Source: Reclinomonas americana ATCC 50394 | Lineage: Eukaryota | Assembly (NCBI GenBank): GCA_048213135.1 | Contig: PS015383.1 | Location: 3,189-43,384 of the forward strand | DNA: 40,196 nucleotides | Direction of reading: 5' to 3' | Shown here: in pieces, positions 31,550 through 40,196 of the stretch | Position numbering within the stretch: the first letter of the stretch is position 1 | How the letters are laid out: every line of letters begins with the position of its first letter | Made by a program: the position numbers and the translations under genes | Notes under the pieces: generated by a model | What the model was told of the DNA's origin: nothing | Seen by the model: only the letters and a program-made list of their open reading frames with translations | Databases searched by the model: none

Positions 31550-31671
31550 ATGGCGTATGGACGCGCAGAGGTGATGGGTCCTGTGCGATTCATGACCACC
31601 ACGCTGCACTTGATCGCAGTCATTGCCGCCGCACTCATGCGAGTTATGTCCGCTCTCTCACTCACCCCTCT

Positions 31672-31716
<45 letters not shown>

Positions 31717-32202
31717 TCTCTCCACACACACGCACACACACAGGAGACCAACCTCAAGTTCTCCATGTACGATCCGTACGCACCGTCGGACTATTCGCGC
31801 ATTGAGTTGGAGTTTCGCTCACTCTCTCTCACACATACACACGTGCGCTGGCGTCTCTGCTTACATATACACCGTGACAGGCTTCTCGTATGCTGCCTGC
31901 TCAGCGCACTGGCGTTTATCATTGAGTACGCCGGACTCTTTGGCGGTTGCACCATGTTTCACCCTGCCTGGAACGCTCTCTGTTGCGCCACACATGCATC
32001 CATCGCCCCTCTGTCTTCTTCTCATTATGTTGGGTATGCAGTGGCTGGGGTGCACTGGGTCGGCGGCATGCTGACGTCGTTCTGGCTCGGCGAAGTCTGG
32101 CACTACGCCTATCTGTGGTACATTAGCGCAGTGTTTTGCTATCTCCCGGCCGCAGCGGAGCTCGTGCGCATTGTGTGGACCCTCAAGTACTCCGACTACT
32201 GA
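31550..32202 (+). CDS. TMEM107: Ciliary transition-zone protein TMEM107, 4 exons
   Basis: MAYGRAEVMGPVRFMTTTLHLIAVIAAALMR|ETNLKFS...IIEYAGLFGGCTMFHP...VHWVGG...EVWHYAYLWYISAVFCYLPAAAEL is colinear with remembered human TMEM107. Confidence 0.88.
31676..31742. repeat. (CA)n intronic microsatellite in TMEM107
   Basis: Directly visible. Confidence 0.9.
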
Positions 32203-32265
32203 ACACCGACCCGACAACGTCGGCCCATTGTGCGTCCCATTGACGCAAAATCGACGTGAGTGCGA

Positions 32266-35200
32266 ATGGGAGGCAAGATCTCGCAGCATGCGCTGGCCTT
32301 GCAGGAGATCAAGAAGACAGTGACCAAGCAGCGCGGCGATTGGGTTCCGTTGAGTCTTTCTTGAATGCGTGTGTGTGAAGTACGCATCTTTTTTGCTTCT
32401 TTGTTTGCATGCGTTTGTGCTTATCGCACGTGCGACCTGTGGTTCTGTGCGTACATGCGTCGCCTGCACATTGCACGTACAGCAGTGAGCGATAACGCAC
32501 AGTGTGTGTGGTGAAGGGCGGGCGCTCTCCGAAACGTCATTGCGGCCTGACCATGCCGACTTGTGCACGCGCTCGCCCTCCACTCTCTGTTCTCCTCCTG
32601 TCGCGCACGCTGTTTCTCCTCTCTGCGCGTGTGTGTGTGTGCTCCCCGACAGCTTGTGAATTTCATCGATGAGTGTGTTGTTTGGCACCCGAGGTCACCC
32701 GCAACACAAACACGCAGAAGAGAGATTCTCCGTGTGCATGTGTGGCATCTTGTGCACACACCACGTGTGGGTTTGCTCGCTCCTCTCTGTGTGCTGTAGT
32801 GCGATCCTCAGTGCGACACGAGTGACAGTTCTTGTGCTGTGTTTGTGTGGGAGGAATTGCCCCGTTCATCGCATCGCTTTTCGCTCATTTGCGTGTTGTG
32901 TGGTTGCGCTCAGTCCGACGCGTCAGTTCTTCCAGCTGGAATGGCCGCACAACTATCACCTGCCTGACAAGCTCGATGGAAAGAAGATTGTGAGAGCTTT
33001 ATTTTTCTCCTCACTCTGGTGGCGATGATTGTGACTGATTGTGGCTGATGATGATAATGTTGCGCAGTTGGACTTGTTAGAGCAGCTGTTACAGCAAGAA
33101 GTGCAGCGGGGAGACCCGGATCGCATCTCGCTGCTGCTGCGCCTCTTCCAGCGCTTACTCACCAACACGGCGGTGTACAAGGCCTTCAAGAAACGCGACT
33201 TGGATGTGTACAGGAGTTGTCTCAATGTGCACGACGACGGGTGTGTGTTCGTTCCGCAATGCTTCCCTCCACCGCTGCGCTCCTCATCGGTTCATGGCGC
33301 GCGCAGTGTCATTGTGCATGCTCTGCTCGTGTTCCGCGGCATTCTCATTGCCGACACTGACGGTTCGTGCATGTTCACTGGATGCAGTCGGTGGCTGAGA
33401 CAACTCACTTCAGTCTGCGTGTGTGTCTGTGTCACAGAGCCGGAGGAGACCATGGACACGCAGGCCGACTTGCGACAAGCATTTTTTGACAATCACCAGT
33501 TTCCGTGGTCGCCGTTGCCTCTCACTGGTGATATCGGGCTGACGATGCTTGTTCATGTGCAGTTTCGCATTCTTGCTGCACAAGTGGAAGGAGTTGGCGC
33601 CACTTCGCCGACCGGAGCACCTGGAACCGCTGAATGTGCGTCATTTGTTGAAGGGAATGTGCTGTGGCAGTCGCTCACCCGTTCACTCCTGTTTCTGCAG
33701 CTGCTGTGCGAGGTCTTGGAGCAGGTCTCGTTCCACACGTCCAGTTTCACGCCGTACGACGCCATTCTGCAGGTACGCGACCTTCCACTTTCACCACTGC
33801 TTTTTGCGCCCTTTTTCATCCACACATTTTTTTGTAGATCGTCAACGAGTTGACGCAGCCGCAAAACTTGCGTCTGCTGCTCGGCTTGCTGCGCTTTGAG
33901 GATGCAACAGTGCGCTGCCGAGCGGCACGACTCTTCAAGGCTGTAGTGCTGTCGTCCGAGGAACCATCGTTGCGACACGTCATTGTTTGCACACATGTCT
34001 GCTCCCTCATGCTCACTCGTTTTTCCCGCATCAGGTTGAAGCGCATTCAGGAGTCGGCCTACGAAGAGGGCGATCTCGTGTCGCTTCTGTGGTTCATCTT
34101 GTCGGAGCCGCGCTCACCTGACGATGCCACATTCGTTGCGTGCAATTGGTCGGCGATGCAGCGTGTGTGTGCGCGCTCACGTGCTTCTCCGTAGCGTGAC
34201 TTGGGCATCGACGTTCTCGGCTTCTTGTGCGACCGCAATCGCGCCGTGTACCAATTCCTGTGTCAGCTCATTCCCGAGCCGCTGGTGGTGGTGGCTGAGA
34301 ACTACACGCCGCTCCGCGTGCAAGACGAGGCGCACCGATCCAAGGCCGCACGTCTGAACAAGCAGGAAAAGTTGCGATGCAAGAGACCCACTGTGTTAAG
34401 ATAGAAACTTAGTGCTAACGCACGTTGTGTGCCTGCAGGATGGCCATGTTGACGTGGATTCGGTACAGTGGCTACACGACCGGGTCGTGGAGCGAGATGA
34501 TTATCACCATTCGCGGCGATCACTACGCACCGGATGTGATTTGGAATGAGCGCACTCGCGCCGAGTTGCTGCATGCACTGGCCGAGCAACTGCACGACAT
34601 GCAAGTGCTGAAGGTGCGTCAAGTTATTCCAGCAGAGTAGTGGGCGACGTGCTGTTGACTGTGGAAGCGCGTGTGCGTAGCAACGTGGTGTGCGTTGGCC
34701 TCCGGACGAGTTCTTTGTAAAATATCCTTCCCTCGATCCGGTTCTCAAGGTCGACCGCTACTACGTGGATGTGCTGAACGAGGCTCTCCTCGGGCCCGGT
34801 TTCCACGTTGCGTTGGCGATCGCGCGCGTGGTCTGATGTAAATGTTGCTATGCAATCGCTGACTTTTGGTGGCGCGCAGCTGCCGAATCCCGAGGGTCTG
34901 GCCGAGGAGCTGTTCTTGGCGGCGGTGGTGGAGGACGACCGCATTCGCAAGCGCAGCATCATTGCACTGTTGGCCACCATGACCTCGATCTACGCCGAGT
35001 CGTACCAGCACTTTTCGCCGTACCGACACATCAAGTATGTGGTGTGGCTGTTGCGATACGCACATGTCGACCGGCTGTGGCTCGACCAGCTGTTGCGCAT
35101 GCTCCGTGCCCTCATTGAAACGGCTCCCAATCGAAAGGTGGATGCGACCTTGTGTGCACTCTTTTCCCCGGTCTGTCTTGCTGTGACTGACTCGAGCGAT

Positions 35201-38200
35201 GCAGGCCCTGCTGCAGGAGCCCGGTTCCATTGAGCTGTTGCTGCACCACTTGGCCGACATTCATCTGTCGCACCGTTGCGTGCATCTTGCGTGTGTGTCT
35301 CTCTTGCAAAGAAATCTTACTTTGTAGCCTCTGCAGCGCAAAGCACGTTGCCGCTCACGTACGAGCTGACCGGTGCACCGGCGGCTGCCGACCCATCGCA
35401 GATACAGCTGGAGGTCGCCGGCGCAGAAGGTGGTGAAGCCGACAGGGAGCGCCAGGTATGTCAGTGTACATGTGTACATATGCAGACTTCCCCAACCCTG
35501 TCTCATGCTTCTCTGTTGCACCACGCAGGGCTACGCCACTCGTGCCATGCAGATTCTCGACATTTTCGAGCTGCTGTGTGGCTCCTCGTCGGTGCGCCGT
35601 GTGCTCGCCGAGGGCACTAACTTCAACCACCTGTGCCAGTTGGTGGTGTCGCACGATGCTCTGGTGGTCTCCAAGGCCATCAGCATCATCAACGATGTGC
35701 TTTCGGTGTCACCGCAATTGGTGCCGCACTTGTACCGCACCGGCATCTTCTCGTTCCTCATGCTGCACATGGGCTCGGAGATCAACAATGTCGTGTGCTC
35801 GTTCCTGCTGCGGTATCACGCGCTGCAGGAGCACGAGGAGCGCGCCACGCAGCCCATCTACCTCGACTACTTTTTGCCGGGTCCAGTGGTCGGCATTTTG
35901 GGCGATCCCGACGGTGACCGCAAACTCGCCGCTCTCATGCGTGAGGGCGAGTCGCAAGTGGTTTGTGATCAGGCGCCGAATATGTGTGATGGAGGAAAGG
36001 CGAGGTGCACTCACTGCTGTTTTCGTGCAGCCTGATTTGTTCTGGAACCGCGAACTGCTGGCACGCACCGTGTCGAGTGTGGAGACGGTGAGTGTGGCTG
36101 GTGATTCACTGATTAGTGAAGATATGTCTCTAAGAGGTGTTGTCTGTACGGCAGTTCCTCGGCGATTTCCTGTTTGAGTTGCGCCGCAATCCGCGCGTGG
36201 TGTACGACTACCAGATTCCGCCGAGCATCTCATATCCGGGTACGTTTGTCAACGTGATTGTTGGACTTTGTGACATTTCTGCTCACTGACACGCGCTTCA
36301 GAGCTCGACGAGGAGCAGTGTGTCGGCAACATTTATGTGCGCCTGTACCTGCGCCACCCCGACTACGCTCTCGGCGATCCGGAGGCGTTCCTCATGGCTC
36401 TCATTGCCGGCCTGGAGAGCGAGTTGAGTTTTGGTTGATGTGCCTGCACTGGTGCAGCTGACTAACTTGTGGTGTGCATAGTGCTCCGACCACGGAGCCG
36501 CTGATGAGCAATTTGGTGCGCGCACAAACATGCCTCTTCCAGCGCTACTGCAAGCTGGAACGCTTCATGCAGTACAGTGGCTTCCCTGTGCTGCACACCA
36601 AGTGCATTCAGAATGGTGCGGTGGAATAATTGATGCGATTGCCTGTGAGTATTATATGTGCTGACCTTTTCCCGCTATGCAGCGACGACGCCCGATCTGG
36701 TGGTCTCCAGCATTGAACTTGTCTCCACCGTGCTGTCGCTGACACGATCGGCTGCTGTTGCGTCGCAATCGTAGACACAACACGTGTGCTCTGGCATGTG
36801 TGACTGAAAAAGGAAACGCGATGCGCAGAATGTGAATTCCTGGAAGGCGGCCGACGGGCTGGAAGTGATTCTGCAGCGCCTGCGCACGAACATGGACTTT
36901 GGCGACGACTACATTCACTTCCTCTCCTTCTGTCTGCACACACTGACCAATGCGGCGTTCCTCGATCGCGGCACTCTGGATTCGCTGTGCAGCCCCGACG
37001 TCCACATCAGTGCACTGATGCCGCTCTTTGCTCGCGAGGCTACCGCGCAGTACCCCGCTGTCGTGCACCCCGTTGCGTCTTTTCCCCCACAACCCGGCTG
37101 CTGATGTGCTGAACTGACCGAGTGCGTGTAAAGGCGTTGCAAGCGCTGCTGACGCTGGCCCATCGTGTCGAGTTCTCCGAAAAGGTGGTGAACGACGGTA
37201 TCCTGGTCCACATTCTCGACTCGGCACTGTTCATCGAAATTGGCGAGTCGGCGGAGGTGCGCCAGGCGGTGGCCTCTGGCGTCCAAGTTCTCGGCTCGAT
37301 CGCACGTGACTCGGAGAGCGCGAGCCAATGGTGAGTGGCGAGAGATGCGCGTGCGTGTGTGTCTTCCCGACGGTGATTCTCATATCTGCTGCATTGTAGC
37401 CTTGAGCGCGCACTCACGCACGGACTGGTGGTGACTCTCGGCAATCCCGACGCCTTTATTGAGAAGGTCGGCTTGCGAGCAAGAGGGTGATACGGGCCTC
37501 ATGTTGACACCACTGACATGCGATTGATTGATTGTACAGTCGCGCATGGACGTGGAGAACCCGGTGCTGATCTGGAACGCAGAGATGCGCAGATCGCTGG
37601 CGACGACTCTGGAAAGCAAGCTGCGAGACACGCGAGTGACGGGCCGTTTCCACGCCGAGGAGTTTGTCATCACGTATCCGAATGTGGAGCGCGAGGTTTG
37701 TCGTCGCTGTCGCTGGTGTTTGAGATGTGTGATTGGTTCCTCTCCTTCTCACGCTGCTTGAATACAATAGTACGTGGTTGACCACGTGTACGTGCGCGTG
37801 TATGTCGCGCAACCGCGTTTCCCGCTGCCCGACGATTTGCACTTTGCGGAGAGCCTGCTGCGCCTGTTGCGCCAGTGGATCATTCTGCCCAATGCCATTG
37901 ATCAACGAGTGAGTGTGGTCGCATGTCGGAGAGATTCCGTTTTGTTCTGATCCCTCTTTTCTCCTCGCAGGAACGCCTGATTCTCAACATCCAGGCTCTG
38001 GTGTCGCTGTTCAAGTCCAAGTTCGTGCACGTCCATCTTTCTTTGTCTGCACCTCATACTGACATGCGATGAGCAGGCGTGTCGTCGAGGACGTGGATCC
38101 TGACCTTGTTGCCTCGCTGACGACTGTGTTTGATCGCGTGGTGACGGCCGCCGACCGCGAGCTCGCACTGGAGATGCTGACGCTGCTGGTGGTGCTCGTC

Positions 38201-40196
38201 AAGTCGTGGTTGGCGCCGGTGTTGGTCTGTCTGTCTGTACTTGTGTGTGAGTACAGCAGACTGTTTGGTGAGCTGAATGTGTGTGTCTTCCCATCCATGC
38301 AGGTGCCGCTGAGCAAGTCGCTGCTGCGCTTGGTGTACCGCCGTCGCGAGACCATCCCGTCGGACGCCGAGCTTGTGGTGCGAGTATTGGATTTGCTGAA
38401 TGCCTGTTGCGTGAACCATGCACTCCCTTGTGCGTTGTGGTGATGCGTGAGTTTGTTGCTCACCAGCGTGTGTGCGTCGTACACGTGCAGCCACCTCAAG
38501 CAGCGAGTGGTGCGGAAGCATGTTTGACCACGGTCTCGGACTGTTTGTGTTGCGCATGTCGGTGGCTCGCGACCACACCTCACGCAACGAGGCCATCACC
38601 GTCATGGGTGCACTGGCCACGGACTCCGACTGTGGTGAGGCCTTCAAGGACCTCATGAAGCATCTGCTGATGAACAAGTTTGAAAAGTCGCTGCTCGAGT
38701 GCAAGGAGGTGTGTGTGGTTGTTTTCAGTGTCTTGGTGACTGTGCGATGGTGTACTCACCTCATCGCTTGGTCATCAGAAACCACACAAGTTTGCCAGCT
38801 ACTACGACTCGACCCGTGCCGAGGCTGCTGTGGTGTGGAACGATGGCACGCGACACGAATATGAGATTTTGGTCGACCGTGAGGTTTGCTGTTGGCATGC
38901 TTTCACTCCCACTCCCCTTTGCTGACACTCACTTCTCTATCTCCATGCACCAGCTGACCACCCTGTTTGCGTTCCTGGATGCGCACGACACGGACGAGGT
39001 CAACTTTGTTTGGCAGTACAGCAACATTATGGAGCGCTACGACCGGCCCACCCTGCGCCGCGAGCTCCAAGTGTCGGGCGTGTTCATTCGGTACTGTCAT
39101 GCACACACTGTTGAGCAATCACAAACTCGGCCACTCATCTCTCCTCCCTTCTTGTATGCAGTTACTTCAACGAGAACATGTTCAGCAGCATGCCCGACCC
39201 GCAGATTTTCTTCGAGCAGCTACTGTACATTCTCGATGTGGAAGTGCGCGAGTACGAGCGCCTGAGTCGCAGTTGCGTGCCATGATGACGTGGCGACAAC
39301 ACCTGCGTTGGTATGGAGTCTGACGTTTTCTGTTGCAGCTGGCGGCACTGTGGATGCACTGGATATTGTCAAGTCCAACGTAACGCTGCTGCTCGAGGCG
39401 CTGCACGTGGTGCTCAAGCGCAACAAGAAGTGAGTGTCTGTGTTCGGTGATGTGTATGCATGTGGAAACTCACACGCACGATTCGTGTCCATGAACACAC
39501 GCACAGCCTGCAATCCGATCATCGCTGCATCGAGAGTATTCCACTGTTTTGCCGCATGCTGTGCGACTACATGCCACCGGTGGTGCACGAGAAGACCGTG
39601 CAGGTGTTGACTGTGCTGGCGTCGTTCCAGGTCAGTTCTCGTTACCTCTCGCTTCCACTGTCGTTGTGCTGATCAACTTGCCTGCACAGCCGTTTGTGGC
39701 CGGCTTCTTCAGTGGCTACTACCTGCCGCAACTGCTGACGGGCCTGACTCGCCAGTCCTCGGTGGCCACCGGCATCATCACCATCATTCAGGAGATGATC
39801 TCGCAGCACGATCAGTTTGTCGCACACATGGCGCCGTCTGGCGCCCTCCTCTACCTACTGCACCTGGCCGTGCAGTCGCAAGACCGCGAATTGCGCGAGG
39901 GTGCCGCCGGTCTCATTCTGCTGTGCATTGGCAAGCAGCACGCGACACAGACTGCCAGTCGGTGAGTGAGTGGGTGGGGCGCGGTGTGTTTGACTTTGCT
40001 TCGCTGTGTGATCTGACACGGCAGTCGCACCACACAGCTTCATCTTTAGCATTCTGCCGCAGTACTTTGACACGGCCGTCGACTCGAGCCCCCAGTTCTT
40101 CATCTCGTATCTGGACGAGAATCACATCTCGCCGGAGGAGTTGTGGGAGGATCGACAGCGGTACCTGCTGCGTGAGTTCCTGCAGACCGAGGTCAG
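32266..40196 (+). CDS. RME-8/DNAJC13/GRV2-like protein, divergent and without a J domain; >30 exons, runs off window end
   Basis: IWN-type repeats: PDVIWNERTRAEL (~34530), PDLFWNRELL (~36031), NPVLIWNAEMRRSL (~37558), AAVVWNDGTRHE (~38824), PEELWEDRQR (~40132). The first four are each followed by a Y-x-x-L/V...YV/IR motif. Also LYRTGIFSFLMLHMGS and LFQRY...YSGFPVL. The start at 32266 is inferred. Confidence 0.85.

Noticed and set aside
34722-34729. ATATCCTT, resembling a U12 (AT-AC) donor
   Set aside because: It lies inside a conserved exon (FVKYPSLDPVLKVDRYYV) that reads through in frame.

Overview
Gene-dense, intron-rich eukaryotic nuclear DNA from a GC-rich flagellated protist; the taxon cannot be determined from the sequence. 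It uses the standard genetic code, has short spliceosomal introns (mostly ~55-120 nt), many microsatellites and three assembly gaps. Hand-splicing gives about 13 genes: a WD40 fragment, two hypothetical proteins, PPIL2, a TLC-domain protein, VPS53, CAF-1 p150, DNAL1, CCDC81, DXO/Rai1, RAB28, TMEM107 and an RME-8/DNAJC13-like gene running off the right end. Two signals stand out. First, a large class of 5' splice sites looks like the normal donor shifted by one nucleotide (N|GTTGCG, GTTGAG, GTTTCG, GTTATG); in all ~29 cases read, the last exon base is not G. Second, the RME-8 homologue appears to lack its N-terminal PI3P-binding region, GYF_2 domain and J domain, has a fifth IWN-like repeat and may start with an N-myristoylation motif. 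All gene models come from manual splicing and remembered homology, with no database search or RNA evidence.
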